This document shows positions 1 to 13,466 of a stretch of DNA of 64,000 nucleotides, piece after piece. Under the pieces are notes generated by a model that saw only the letters and a list, made by a program, of their open reading frames with translations, did not search any database and was not told where the DNA came from. The DNA lies in contig NW_027266286.1 in assembly GCF_022045235.1 (NCBI RefSeq), positions 32,302,001-32,366,000 on the forward strand, written 5' to 3'. This DNA is from Haliotis cracherodii (lineage: Eukaryota). The number at the start of each line of letters is the position of its first letter. Position 1 is the first letter of the stretch. The position numbers and the translations under genes were made by a program.

Positions 1-91
1 TGAACTTTCATGAGCGAGGTCACGGTTATCCAATCAAAGCATTGTATTTAAAGGAAATGGAGCTCGGGCATGTTAGCTAACTCTATACCCC

Positions 92-499
92 CTAATATGT
101 TCTGGACAGTTATGGAAAGGACATCAATCGAATACGCGATACATTTGAAAAGTCCAAGTACTATGAATATATGTAATGCCCTTAGTCATACCTCCTCTCG
201 CACAAGTAGTCATATTTTCTTTCGCATGGAATATCATGCCACTTATAGTTGTCGCGGGCCACGAGTGCAAGGCAGTCTTGATCAGTAGTGACACCGCCCA
301 CTCCTTGGTTTGGTTCGCCGGGTGCCCAGTTTGTGTTGGTGAAACTGGCCTGGTCAATGTCCCACACCCACAAGCCCTCTGACCTGAGGTCGCTAGCACC
401 GACCCACACCGTGGCGTTATCTGGAAAGACATTGTAGCGTTGTTTGTATCTTTTCATTTAGATTGTTTTCTATATCAATGACGCATGGGTAGATGAACA

Positions 500-574
<75 letters not shown>

Positions 575-1370
575 ATACAGGTAAGGTTCAATCGGCGAAA
601 TACTCACGGTTAACATACGTTAAGAAGGCTTGGACATTAGACGCTTTGCTAGTTGTGTTTAACGTTGCAAGATGACCACCGAATTCACGACAGAAACTCT
701 GAAATGTAATTTGTGCTTGTTTGAATATCTTTAGACGAATATGTCAGACAGATATGTTTCAAGGTTTCAGATTTAAAGGTAATCGGGTTCCTCGGTAATC
801 GGGACATCTTAAGTGGAGATGGGGTGATGGTTGACTGCTGTGCATCCTGTACAAAAATATAACAACAACGCCAAAAAGAATCACAATCAGAGCCAATGTC
901 GGATCTGAGCGCACGATCCGACACGCCTATTTGACGCAACTCTTAACAGTGAATGGCGGCATTGGACCCATGAATAGTGTAAAGCTTGACATATTTGATG
1001 AATACGTAACATTTGTAGATGTTTGTGTCAACATATAAAACTGAATTTTAAATTTTACAACACAATATATTATCTCACTAATTGTCTTTTACGCTGACAT
1101 GCATCTTAACTCACCCCGGCGTGCAACCACGACGTATAACCCTGGTACAGAGTATAGCATGACTGGTCGTATTTCGTCCATCCGTCTGGACACACTGCAA
1201 AATAACTTCAGTTTTGTTCACAACTAAACGATTAATCTACAGTAAATGGAATTCAATAACAAAAATATAAAGAAACCTAAAAACACTTATCTCCCAAATG
1301 CAATATCCAAACGCATTACAAAGGCAATGACACCCATAATAATAATGAGAATGGGATAACGAGACAGCAT
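92..1370 (-). CDS. CTL1: secreted long-form C-type lectin (perlucin-like), 5 exons; exon-1 donor defective
   Basis: Exons 1370-1292 (MLSRYPILIIIMGVIAFVMRLDIAFG), 1194-1115 (CPDGWTKYDQSCYTLYQGYTSWLHAG), 698-608 (SFCREFGGHLATLN...), 420-192 (VWVGASD..EG.WVW..WAPGEPN..DC..WHDIPC..YLCE) and a candidate last exon 101-92 (RTY*). Phases are compatible, but exon 1 is followed by GATAAGT instead of GT. Confidence 0.8.
502..573 (+). repeat. (TATC)n microsatellite in CTL1 intron
   Basis: Perfect tetranucleotide run. Confidence 0.97.
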
Positions 1371-1836
1371 GACAGCGACAAGTTCTCACCTGCGAATGTA
1401 AAAGAGGAAATTATACTTAATGACAAGAAAAAATTCAAGATCATTTCGAGAAGCTACTTCTTGCTCGACCCCGTTCTCTTAGGAGAATGTTTTTAGTAGA
1501 AAAGGTGTGTCGCGTCTTCATAGATAAGACACAGACATGACGTGGATCCGACACAAAGGACAAGTGTGACAGAAGGAGTATTATGTTGTCATTGTAATCT
1601 TATATTGTAACAGCCGGGCATAATATATAAATCATATAAATAAATGTTACAAAATAAATCCTTATGATCTTTGTCATGCCTTTGTTATCCAATACTATTG
1701 TGTGACTCCCTCAGAGGCAAAATCACACCATCGGTCGTTTGATAAACACAAGCATAGTCATGTGAAAGTATATATCACGATTTACAAATCTTAAGTATAG
1801 GAGGTAAAGATTAGATAAATATATGTAAGAATTATA

Positions 1837-1910
1837 CAGTAAACGGTTACAACGAACTCCACTAATTTTAGTTTGTTATAACCGTAGTTTGTTTTAAGCA
1901 GTTTCGACTG
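1837..1910. mobile_element. short pogo/Tigger-like MITE remnant
   Basis: ta|cagtaaacggttacaacgaa ... ttgttataaccgtag...ttcgactg: CAGT...ACTG ends with imperfect inverted repeats. Confidence 0.35.
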
Positions 1911-3392
1911 TCTGACATGCGGAATTTTCTCACTCTAGTCGTCACATTTTACAGGCAGAATATATCCTTTTCAACGGCTATAGAAATCATTGTTTTACTA
2001 TTGCTAATTGAGTAGTGTCGGAACTTAATCCAGTTAATCACTTGTAAACAGCCGCGATTTCTCTATATCCATTACTTCGTTCTTGGCGTGTTCGTTATGT
2101 CAGTCAATTTCATATAATACATATACAGCAAATGTCCGGGACCGAAAAAACAGTTCTTTTATCCGTCAGGGGTCATTGGGTCATGACAAAACTGGACTTT
2201 TCAGTTGTCTATTTTACCCTTACATGTGCACCAAACTCATATGGTGTATGTGCAAGAACTCTTTTCCCGGTATGGTTATATGAGTTAACGATGAGCAGTG
2301 GACCTAGGACATGCAACAAAAGTAGGCTGTCATTCTGGAGATTTAACAAAAGAATATCCAAACTTGAATAAAGACTGCTAGCCATTGGGACAGGAGACTG
2401 ATCAGCATGTATTAAACATTAGGATCTTTTGTTGAGGTTTTATTCCTCCTATCCCACATACAACATAATGGTAGTATCTAAATATATAGTGAATTATTGC
2501 AACGTTAACCTTGGTATAGTACATATGAGTTGACAACTTGTGAGATTGTTCGCTGATGTTTGTTTCAGTTTGAAGAACTTAAAAAAAAGAAAAGTGGATG
2601 ATTTCATCATGCCAAGTCAAGTCAGGTGTTTTATACAAGATGTTGGCCACTTGTCATATACAATCTTATATACATTAAAAATATTGCATTACTATACAAA
2701 GTGGTTAAGAATATCATGTTTTACAAAAGGTTCTCATGTTCATTTGCATACGGCCATATACTAGTATATATTTACCGAAATGTCTCAGTATATTGTTTGT
2801 TGTAGACATGCGATATATAATTTTGTAGATATTTGGCTTTGGGTAAAATACATGTGGTCACTTTTCCAATCTTTATATCACACAATTAAGATGTAAATCT
2901 AGAAATGGTATTCATCTTCTGTATCACGTCTACAAAATGGGCATTAACGTTGTGATACACCAATAACCAAACAACTGCCTTCGTTTAGTTTTAATCTTTA
3001 TATACCACATCTAAACCTATTCAACATATTACATAAGGGTAGTTATGAACTGTAAATCTTTGTATTCCTGCATTAGTACACTCATACCACACATAGCACA
3101 TGCCCTTAGCCTTGTGTAATAGATGCAAACAACGCTAATTTGATTAAGAAATTTGAAACCCCCTCTCAGTTATCCATTTCATAATCACACTACGCTTTCC
3201 GAGACATTTGACTTGTCCTTTGCCCGTGTTTCATCACACTATGAACCATTTGATGCCAGGATGACCATATCTGATCTAATACGCGTAAACAACGCAGATC
3301 AATTACTGGACAAAATTGGATATGACATGTACCATACTGTGCAATGGACGGAGCCATGTTCATGACATCTCAGGTGACACTGTCAGTTTGTC

Positions 3393-3658
3393 GACCGCAT
3401 TCGTGGTGTAGTGGATAGAGCATCAGCCCGGAGAGTGGAAGGTCGAGGGTTCGATCCCCGTTCGCATTATTCCGAAAGACATCATAGATGGTAATTGTTG
3501 TTCAGGTGCCTGGTGCTAGGCTATCGCAGTGATCTGACACTATATAATCGGCATCAGTACGAACTAGTACAAGCAAACACACACACGTGCATACACCTCA
3601 CTATATAAGTGCAAACATTTTGAACGCGACGTTAAACCCCATTTCACCTCAACTCACC
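3393..3658 (+). mobile_element. tRNA-derived SINE (family 1)
   Basis: A box gtggtgtagtgg, B box ggttcgatccc, then a non-tRNA body and a tail cgacgttaaacccc..cacctcaactcac. A related copy lies at 36965-37222. Confidence 0.75.
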
Positions 3659-4329
3659 AATGAACGTCCTGCACACATGAACACATGAACTTCTGCGTGT
3701 GACGTTGACATTAGACTCATATTAATTCGTATTAGTTCTGGAAAATCCACATATCTTCCTCCTATATTACATGCTGTAAACATCGTGCTGGATGCTTTAT
3801 TCACAACATATTCAATATCCTTTTCATTTTATTGTGACAGGAGGGTATATATTGTGATCTTAAGGCAATGATCTCTGGGCATACCATACTCATCTTCAAG
3901 TATTCCAAGCACACGTAATGTACTTGATTACAAAGAGCAATACCATATCTTCTTCCGAAGTTTATCATTAATGACTTCTACCCGAGGCAAGAGTGTCCAC
4001 TGTGGCAAAGTTTAGTTTCCTCCCTTGCGATTTCAATCACAGAACGTTTAACAAAATCAACATCCGTGTTCCGAAAACATGGTCTCTGCTATGGCCACAA
4101 CCATTGCCTGTCGAATATTAAAACATTAAGCTAGTATTAAAAAAAAACTATGACAAAAGCATAGGCATGTCACAAAATAAAATCTTAGCTTAGTCACAAT
4201 AGCTAACTACATCCTGCCATTAACAATCATCAGAAATAGTGTTTAACAATATATCCTACCATATAACACTTTGGACATATGTTATTAGATGCTGATAACA
4301 CTTTCACGCAATATCTCAGAAATCATTTG

Positions 4330-4680
4330 TGACAGTCAACAAATAAACCGCAACTGCCACATCCAAGAACAGCAACATTTGACTCATGATAACCCAGGCA
4401 TTTTGTATACTTTCACAACTGTATAACTGTATAAACCGCTCGATATATTTAATGTCCCACACACTCCACACGTATACAGTAATATTGGTTTAATAGGCGC
4501 ATCAACTATTTTAAATATAACAGAAATTTTCTTTAACGTGTAGTGTACCTGTTTTACAGAAACTAAAGTTTTAGTAGCTTTATCAACAAGAATATTAATT
4601 CCCTCACACCAACACAACCTATTTGTAAACAGCAACCCTTGATAATTATATTACGTCGATATGTTTACATGTTTTTATTC
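4330..4680 (-). mobile_element. degenerate non-LTR (LINE) RT C-terminal fragment
   Basis: FKIVDAPIKPILLYTCGVCG resembles the LINE 'LF.SLV.PILLYG.EVWG' motif, preceded by 'L..KA.K'. Confidence 0.55.
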
Positions 4681-4995
4681 CCAATTATCTATTTTCAGGG
4701 CTTGTAAGTTTTCCACGATTCCGAAAACCTAAGATTTCTGTGTTATCTTAATTAACATGTAATCACCAGTTAATGCTTAATTCGTTGGGAACATTTAGAT
4801 TTCTTTGCAAACCATAATAACAGGAAAACTTGTTTTCCCGTCAATGTTGCCCCATGTACACTCACCCCGCCCCTTTCAATGCACTAGCTTACGTGTATTT
4901 GACCTTTTAGGTTTTATATTGGATGGACCAAATGTTTTACTGTCGTTTCAAGAACAAAATAGTAAAGTCAAGCCGAGGAAGATTCTGCTGATCAT

Positions 4996-5187
4996 AAAGC
5001 ACCTGGGAGACTAAAGCACCTGGGAGACTAAAGCACCCTGGGAGACTAAAGCACCCTGGAAGACTAAAGCACCCTGGGAGACTAAAGCACCTGGGAGACT
5101 AAAGCACCTGGGAGACTAAAGCCCCCTGGGAGACTAAAGCACCCTGGTAGACTAAAGCACCTGGGAGACTAAAGCACTTGGGAGACT
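4996..5187 (+). repeat. 16-17 bp minisatellite (gactaaagcacc(c)tggga) ~12 copies
   Basis: Direct tandem repeats visible in the sequence. Confidence 0.95.
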
Positions 5188-5453
5188 ATACATGTACGAC
5201 ACTTAAGACATTTCAAATCAATGAATAAAAGATATGTTTGAAAAAAAAAAAATTCTATTATTTTTGCCGACTGTACCACAATATATCGTCACGTACACTG
5301 TGGAACACAAGGGACACATGGACGAACATGTTGATATTGTTTAAGTCACGTGTCTTCCAATCCATTAAGAGCGAACACATGAAAATATACGAGTTTAATT
5401 GCCGTTTTCATGATCATATACACAATGACATGTTGTTTCAATCGAAAGAGTCT

Positions 5454-7397
5454 TCATCCGACAACAGGTAAAACCCCATTCAAACTGCAAAACAAAACGA
5501 CAGAGGGAATATATTCCTACAAGATGGATTTAAGATACATATAATGTAAATCTAACTGCAATGGTTGGTGTTTGATCATTTGAGACGATACTACATTTCT
5601 AAAATAAGGATTAACCATATATAAACATGAAACTATATGATTAAGTATCAAGCATGATTGGAAATGTTTTTATTAGTTTTATCAGAACCCTCGGTCAATA
5701 TCTTTCTAAGCTTAAGGGTGTTGCAGTGTTAAAAAGAACATTTTGAAAGCACAACTGCTTGACGAATCTTGCAAATGTCAGTGTCGTAGGGCTATTCAGA
5801 TTTGCTAAGAGAACAAGAAAACAAAACAAACTGGTAGAAACCACGCGTGAATATGAAGGCCCGTTTAATATAAAGACTTTCTATCATTGTTTTATAGTTC
5901 CTGCCCCAGATCCCTAAATAATAATGAGAGAGTTTACAGTGGAGGTTACGTACGGTCTTTCACACAGATAGGAGTACTTTATTTCACAGGCAGCATCGGC
6001 AAACGTGTGTTCTTGCCTGCCAAACAACATGACACAATCTTCTTGTAAATCTGCTGGTTGGTTTGGCTCGTGTTTACCCCAGGGGAGGAAAGTGGCAGTT
6101 TGTCGGGTTGATTCCCACACAAACACTCCTTCTTCTCGCACATCAGAGAGTCCGATCCACACGTTGTCAGTCTCTGGTAACAAAGGGCGTATACTTTCCA
6201 ATGTATGGTGTATTATTTACAAATAGCACACATATGGATTTACAGTAANNNNNNNNNNNNNNNNNNNNNNNNNNNNNNNNNNNNNNNNNNNNNNNNNNNN
6301 NNNNNNNNNNNNNNNNNNNNNNNNNNNNNNNNNNNNNNNNNNNNNNNNNNNNNNNNNNNNNNNNNNNNNNNNNNNNNNNNNNTCAGTGTTATAATACTTA
6401 CTAAGAACATTGGATTCTGCTATCAATTCCTGTAGATGGCCATTTTCAACTTTGGTCTCAATTGAAGCCAGATACGCATCATGTTGTTCGCACGCAAACT
6501 GAAGACAATAACATCAGTCAGGTCAACAGAATAATTATGACATGTTGTAAGTGACATATGGACGAAACAATTGACATGTTGGATGAACAGCAGCCATCAC
6601 ATGAATTTCAATACATTTTGATACCACTGGGGATAAATATGCAGTTACCGTTACATCCACCATCATCTCCCCGTTACATTACAGTGACTGAGAGACCCGT
6701 GAAGGTCTTCAGCAACCCATGCTTGTCATAATAGGTGATTAACGGGATCGGATGGTCAGGCTCGCTGACCTGGTTGATGCATGTCACCGTATCCAAATTG
6801 CGTCGATATAAGCTCATGATGTAAATCGCTGGATTGTCTGGTCCAGACTCGAATATATTAAGAATGCCGTCATATAGCTGGCATATTGCTGCGTGCGGCG
6901 TTAAACAAAGAAACAAACAATGAAACGATTGTTTTGGAAAACGACAAAATGTTGATTCTTAAAACAATATGCTGTCAGTTTTTAATTACATCGATCAACC
7001 GCTTCAAATGGGTGGGAGGAAACTTACCACTGCCTCTGGCCATGACTGAGGACTTTGTCTGAACAGCCGATAGCAAGATTTGTCAAATCTAATCCAACCA
7101 TTTGGACATTCGCCTGATACTGTTAAACATAAGCCAATGTTTAAAACGACATCATAATACACGTCGCTGCCAGTGTTGCTTATATTTTAGGAAAGGTATT
7201 GCAATGTTAAGTAAGATTGTGTTTTTTCCTGCTCGTTATTACAACAGTTAATAGTAAAAATAGTATCACCCGGAATTTGAACATGTATCTTCTAAATGAT
7301 GTGCACAGTCACGCTTTTCGATGTCATGCATACTCAAAGATAACCTACCTGTGGTAAGTGAGATAATCACAGTCAGGAATAACGTTAGGGCAATCAT
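5454..7397 (-). CDS. CTL2: secreted C-type lectin (perlucin-like), 5 exons, intact
   Basis: Exons 7397-7349 (MIALTLFLTVIISLTT), 7119-7028 (VSGECPNGWIRFDKSCY..SWPEAV), 6498-6402 (FACEQHDAYLASIE..), 6173-5954 (WIGLSD..EPN..EDC..FADAAC..YLCERP), 5484-5454 (LNGVLPVVG*). All introns are GT-AG with phases 1,0,1,2. Confidence 0.93.
6249..6382. other. assembly gap (N run) in CTL2 intron 3
   Basis: Run of n. Confidence 1.
6690..6915 (+). mobile_element. SINE (family 4)
   Basis: gagacccgtgaaggtc...ggtcaggctcgctgac...ccatatagctggcatattgctgcgtgcggcgttaaacaa. It shares the 3' tail of the other SINEs; partial reverse copies at ~9295-9390 and ~60720-60875. Confidence 0.7.
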
Positions 7398-7444
7398 ATT
7401 CACAACTGCCCTTTTCGTTGGCATATTAAACCCAATGAAGATGC

Positions 7445-7535
7445 AATCCAATTTATATGAATAGGCCAGGTCTCTACCATCCACGTGACCAAATATCTCT
7501 CGTCGCCTCCTGTTACTGAGAGTACAATTCCCAGG
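7445..7535 (-). promoter_or_regulatory. CTL2 proximal promoter: TATA-like + GTCACGTG E-box + kB-like site
   Basis: On the minus strand CATATAAAT (7459-7451), GGTCACGTGG (7490-7481) and GGGAATTGTAC. The same order of motifs is found upstream of CTL3. Confidence 0.5.
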
Positions 7536-9059
7536 TTCGATGACTTACTTATACCCCTAATGAGTTTACGAGGTTGTTATGATTTGTAATATGACCTTTA
7601 AACATGTTTTCGTAACGTATATGTAGTAATTAGGCCATCCCAGTGAAGGACAATTTTAATAAATCATAACGATGAAATGTTGAACCTGTTTTTGTGGGAT
7701 TTAGCCGGAGCCAGATTCGGGACATTTTCAGTCCCAGTACACTCCATTCGCGACCCTCAAACGTCACTTTGTGTGCGCTCGCTTAAACCTTATTATGTAC
7801 ATCCATGAAGCAATTAATGAGTGTCCTCATTAAACAGAAGCAGTAATTATAGCGTCAAGACGTAGACTGGAAATGGGCAGCAAATCATGAAGTGCCCCTC
7901 TAAGATTGCAAACACGTATGGCAGTGAAATAAAACCTCCATGTTCATTACACAAACCACACTCAAGAAGGCCAAGGGCAAGGTAACCCATATAACATTCC
8001 ACCATCTTTAAGCTCACGATAAAATTCTCTCCCAAGTGATGCAGCTGGGTTCTGACTAATCATGCATTGACATCATTTGGGACCTGTTGCATTAACACAA
8101 TACGCGAGACACAAAAAGCCAGTGCTGTCATATAGAAGTGACAGTTCACGATCTTGCCATGTGACGATACCATGGTGTCTTTCTCTGGACTGCCCCGCTG
8201 ATAAAGCAGTGCCACCTTCGCAAAGGTTGAAGTCCTTCAGTCAAAGGTTTCAGAGGTCGATAGGTGACCGTCATACGTATCAGATTTGCGTATTATCTCG
8301 ATATGCTTACAAAATTAGACACTTAGAGTTCCGCCCTTGATGAAATTACCTTCTAACCCGACCTTTCAGACGTCTGTTGATGTCAGCATAATTACTGCAT
8401 ATATACAAAACCCTTTATTATGGCACTGTGTACATGCAGGCATAAAATGTCGGAGTATCTTGCTTTATATTTTAATATTTTAATGTCCACTTTCTGTTAT
8501 GTCAATGCATAGAAACGTGTGAACTAGAGTCATTTTATAATTTTCAGATTGACGAATCATGGATTATTTTCACCCGGCTGCTTTGTTCCTATAACACGCT
8601 GTGTCTATGTGGCGGGTATATTTCTTTGGTTAAGTAAATGTTCTAAGATTTTCCAATATGTGACCTGACATAATTCACACACACGTACATGTTCATGATT
8701 AGTACAACTCTTTTTCAGGTCATGACATATTTTTGTTCAGGAGACAAGCCAAATGTTTTATTTATTATATATTTTCATAGTGGTGTTAGTCTCAAAACCA
8801 CAGTGTCAAATATCAGCGTAGAAGACTGAAAGGAGTTCAGAGAAGTTTTACCGGTGTGTAATACTGACTCACATATGATATATTTGATCACGTAATACAC
8901 AACAGGTATCTGTAATAGCATACACACTTTACTGGTGCACGGATGGTGATCTTTCACTAACACTCGGGAGAATAGCGATCACAACTGTTTGTTAAGTCTT
9001 TGAACGGCTTTTAGAAGTGATACTCAAAAGGAAGAGAATATATTGATGTCGACTTCTTC

Positions 9060-9125
9060 AATATGAGGAACACAACATTTCGGCTATATACTTACTCCTT
9101 CATCAGGTGAATCAATGATATGAGG
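9060..9125 (-). mobile_element. Penelope-like pLTR remnant with hammerhead ribozyme core
   Basis: Minus strand cCTGATGAaggagtaagtatatagccGAAAtgttg. Confidence 0.5.
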
Positions 9126-9879
9126 CAGAGAACATATATGTGTACCTGTAAGACCAAAAAAGGTAATAAGGTAACAAAAGTGGAAACTTAACAGCAGAAG
9201 CAAACAGACAATTGTCGCTGAAAAGTGATTAGCAATGGACAAATGGACGCCATCACTTAACTTATCACTCATTGGTAATAGGTAATTATCTATAAACTGT
9301 TTGTTGTTTTACGCAGCAGTCATTCATATTTCAGCTGTATCACAACAGCCTGTAAATAAACGATGACACGCAATGAGCCAAGTCACCGAGACTGACGTAA
9401 GTGAGAAACAAACCGGTTTCGGTGCACTGCGTCGATCCATTTCAATATATATGCAAACCGATTACAGTTGCGATAATTACTTCCAAGGAACAGAACTATG
9501 AGTATGTATGTATTGTAGGAATGTGTTATATTTCTGACGAGTCAGCACGAAGGAACATTCTTACAGAAACCGCAAATGCATGGTTTCGTAATGACAGTAA
9601 AAGTCATAGACAAATGGAAGGCTGTCGAGGTCAAGATAAATGTAAACTGCCACGCAGACATACTGTGTTTATCCTTAGAAAAGAGTGCAATCCGTTTAGG
9701 TCCGTATTCGCCCTTACACTAAATACACTCTTGAAACGGAACGTATAATGTCCCAAATTGCCCGAGATCTTCTGAGTACCTTAATTGCACTACGTAATAG
9801 ACTCAAATCTGTTCCTGGTATCAACTGAGAATTACGTACAATTACGGGAAGGCAAATTTAAATCTACCGTTAAATCCGG

Positions 9880-10525
9880 CTCTATGCTGCCGGCCTGTCA
9901 AGGGTTTGACCCTCCTAGCTTACCAGAGGCGACAAAGATTGGGGTTGCTAGGCACCACAAGGGACGGGCTGTGCGCCAACGGCGGTACATCATTTTACAG
10001 TAGAATCAAGGTTTTGTTTCCGATGCAAAGATGGCAGAAAATGTTGTTGGCGACCAAGCGGCGAACTGTATGCCGGGACAATAATTCCTGATCTTGATCG
10101 GATTTAAGGGGGTAGAGTCATGGTTATAGGGCGGCATCACACATGACAGGCGAACGTATGCGGTTACTGAGAATGAACATTTGACTGGCCGGCGATATGT
10201 TGAAAGTTTTCGTCCTGTCGTTGTTCCATTCGCTGGAATTATCGGCAGAAATTTTGAACTGCAGGATGGCAATGTCTTTTCACATCGTTCTCAGGTCGTC
10301 ATCGATTATCTCCGACGATAAGGCACCCGGACATTGGACTGGCCCACTGAGATGTCCTCAAATAAAGCTTCTTTGGGGACTCAGCCACGTGGCCCAGGTT
10401 GGGGTAGCTACTCAGGCGGAATGGCGGGCAATACCAAGGGCAACCATACGCAAGTTAATCACAGTGTGCCATCGAGGTGTCATGCATGTATCGCCCAACA
10501 TGGTGGACACACCCGGTAAAGATCT
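9880..10525 (+). mobile_element. degenerate Tc1/mariner transposase
   Basis: Frameshifted fragments FTVESRFCFRCKDGR..WR..GE.YA (cf. FSDESRF..DGR), a GGSVMVWGGI-like segment, EWRAIPRATIRKLI and SVPSRCHACIAQHGGHTR. Confidence 0.8.
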
Positions 10526-10829
10526 ACACGCTCGAAACTAACATTTCACAGACATTTATCGGCAGGATATAGTCACTCTAATTTCATCAGTTCCCTTATT
10601 TTATACCCGTAGCATTTGCTATTGGTTACTTGTGTATGATCATTGCTCACTATAAGTGCTTCATTTTCGCACCTTATGTGTTAATAGGACAGAATAATGT
10701 AACATATATACATATAAATATTATATCACCGTAAGATACCTGATCCAGTTGGAAATGATTATGATCAAATATGTTTATTAACCTTCTGTATTTACATAAC
10801 GAAATGATGTTTCGATTTTGAGGATATTT

Positions 10830-12756
10830 TCACCCGATGACTGGTAGATTTTCATTCAATCTGAAAAAACAAACAAATTAAACGAGAGCATTATAACTTA
10901 TAAAAAAATATCTCAGCCTTTAAGGATTTGTCTGTGTTAAGTTATAAATTTCGTATTGCAAATAAATCATCACACTAATGAAGTACAGTAAGGATCTTAT
11001 GAATTTAGTTTTCTGTATTCGTTCAATGCGAAGTTCTAGCACCTGCCCCGAAAAACCGCATTGCAAAAATAAAGAAATGTCAACTTTGTCTTCACTGACT
11101 CTGCAACGTTGAAAATGACGCAGTAAATGTCTCTGTGTGAATATAACATTCAATACATACATGATTAACTAATGTACAACTGATGCCTCAGTGGAACAAA
11201 AGTACACCGGAAAAACTGTTTGATGTTCTCGATAGGTTATCGGTTATACTTATGATATTACATGTTTACATGTTTTCACATAATTTTACTAGCAGGGTTG
11301 AAAACATCTTCCCGAGGCAAGGGAGTTAACTCACTGTAAAAGTCCACTTTCCACCCTTGCCACCCTTGTCAAGATGTAACTCCGGAATTCAAGCCTAGTT
11401 CGGTAAGGTTGGAAATTGGACTTTTATAGTACCTTAACACCCTTGCCTCAGGAAGATGAGTTGAAAACGAATGTGATAGTTTTACTCTTGATATCATCAA
11501 CGATGATATGCAATAAGCAAAAAGCGTATAAATTACGTACGGTCTTTCACACAGATAGTGATATTTCAGTGAACATTCAGCGTCGGCATACTTGTGTGCT
11601 CCCTTGCCATACAACTTGACACAGTCCTCTTGTCTCGTCTGCGGTTGGTTAGGCTCACCATGAGCCCAGTCAAGGAAAGTGGCATTTTCTCGGGTGGACT
11701 CCCACACAAACACACCCTCATGCCTCACGTCAGCAAGTCCGATCCACACGTCTTCAGTGGCTTGAAACAACGGAGGTGTAGCATTAAAAGTTTGAATTAT
11801 ATCATTCATCAATGTATCTTTGTTGCCATACACGACTGTGATCTAAGTTTGTACGTAAGCCAGATAATAATGATGAGGAAACGTATGAAGACATACACAT
11901 ACATTTTCCTTGTGTTTCGTTTGATAGTTAATGAAGAACTACTAAGTTAGGAAGTCAAGCACACGAAGCTACACTAGCGTACATAATTAGTAAATCCATT
12001 AGAAGAAAGTACATGTACATTTACAGGAAATTAAATTAAAGGTCGAAAATTGTACATTGCGCATTCCAATTTATACACTTAAAGCTGTAATAGAGAAGTG
12101 GAGCTCAAACATAAATATCGGTGAAACTTTGTCTTGTTTTAGATACTTACTTAAAACATTAAATTCGGTGATCAGTTCTTGCAGATAGCCATTTTCACGT
12201 TTTGTCTCAATAGACGCAAGATATCCTCCTTGTTCTTCGCACATAAACTAAAAACGGAAGAGTGACCATGGAACAGACTGAGCACTGGTAGAGAGGGTGA
12301 CAGCTTAATCATGAAAACATGTACTTCGACATTGTAAGTCATGATTATAAGGAAGCGCCTACTCTTGGTTGTAAAGCATACGTTAATGTCATATGCAATA
12401 ACATTTAGTGGCGTGGACACTACACATTTACTGAGGAAGGTGACGAATTAATACACAAGTATAGGTCAGAAGTATATTCAATTAACATATGTACTTATGT
12501 CATGTACGTACCACAGCCTCTGGCCATGCTTGAGGGTGTTTTCGGAACAGTCGGTAGCAGGAGTTGTCATACCTCACCCAACCATTTGGACATTCGCCAG
12601 ATACTGTTGGACAATATTACATTAAATATATAAAGATCAAATAAAGATAAATGCTTCACTACGACACAAATAATACAGTTCCATGCACATTTGCCAGTGT
12701 AACCTACCTGTTACAGATATTATAATCACACAAAGTGCTGAAACAAGGACACTCAT
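10830..12756 (-). CDS. CTL3: secreted C-type lectin (perlucin-like), 5 exons, intact
   Basis: Exons 12756-12708 (MSVLVSALCVIIISVT), 12603-12512 (VSGECPNGWVRYDNSCY..AWPEAV), 12247-12151 (FMCEEQGGYLASIE..), 11760-11541 (WIGLAD..EPN..EDC..YADAEC..YLCERP), 10860-10830 (LNENLPVIG*). Exon sizes are identical to CTL2. Confidence 0.93.
11305..11458. mobile_element. non-autonomous TIR element (MITE), 9-bp TSD
   Basis: TIR catcttcccgaggcaagggagttaac... / ...cccttgcctcaggaagatg, flanked by ggttgaaaa / agttgaaaa. Confidence 0.8.
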
Positions 12757-12794
12757 ATCTGCTCTTCCGTTGGAATAATGTCCCCAACAACGAT

Positions 12795-12880
12795 ATAATC
12801 AGATTTATGTGAATGAGCCGGGCCTATATTTTCACGTGACCGACTATCTCGCCGCCTGTTTCCAGAGGTACATTTCCCAA
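12795..12880 (-). promoter_or_regulatory. CTL3 proximal promoter with GTCACGTGA E-box
   Basis: ttcacgtgac at 12831-12840, CATAAAT near 12808 and GGGAAATGTAC. Homologous to the CTL2 upstream region. Confidence 0.5.
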
Positions 12881-13273
12881 AAAGATTCCGATTGATTTAT
12901 TCCACCGTTTTGCATAAGCTACTGGACTGGCATCTACATCAATAAATTTTATTTATAGTTCACCAGAGTAAAGTATTCATAGTCTTAACTTAAACATTGG
13001 CCTTTTTTGAATAATTGTGATGTTAAATTGATTATAAATTATAATAATTGGCTTCTTCCAGAATTATATCTCCGGCTACCAACTTTAAGACTCATGCAGT
13101 AAGAGATAGTAACACCCTTAAGGCACTACTATCACCATATCTCTAACCTGGAAAGGGTTGTTGAGTGACAATTAATAGGCCAAAACCATATGTATATTTT
13201 CAGACTCAATCATATCTCGTAGGAAAGAAAAAAAGACATCGCACGAGGTGTATGATACCTCATGTTCGTGAAA

Positions 13274-13466
13274 CTAGCTGTATCGCATGGTGTGAAACTA
13301 GTGAACATGCTCTTTCCTAGCTGTATCGCATGGTCTGAAACTAGTGAACATGCTCTTTCCTAGCTGTATCGCATGGTGTGAAACTAGTGAATATGCTCTT
13401 TCCTAGCTGTATCGCATGGTGTGAAACTAGTGAACATGCTCTTTCCTAGCTGTATCGCATGGTGTG
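13274..13466 (+). repeat. 43-bp tandem repeat ~4.5 copies
   Basis: ctagctgtatcgcatggtgtgaaactagtgaacatgctctttc repeated. Confidence 0.95.

Noticed and set aside
493-675. ORF with IYLS repeats (and TH/CV ORFs at ~24400-24650)
   Set aside because: These are translations of microsatellites.
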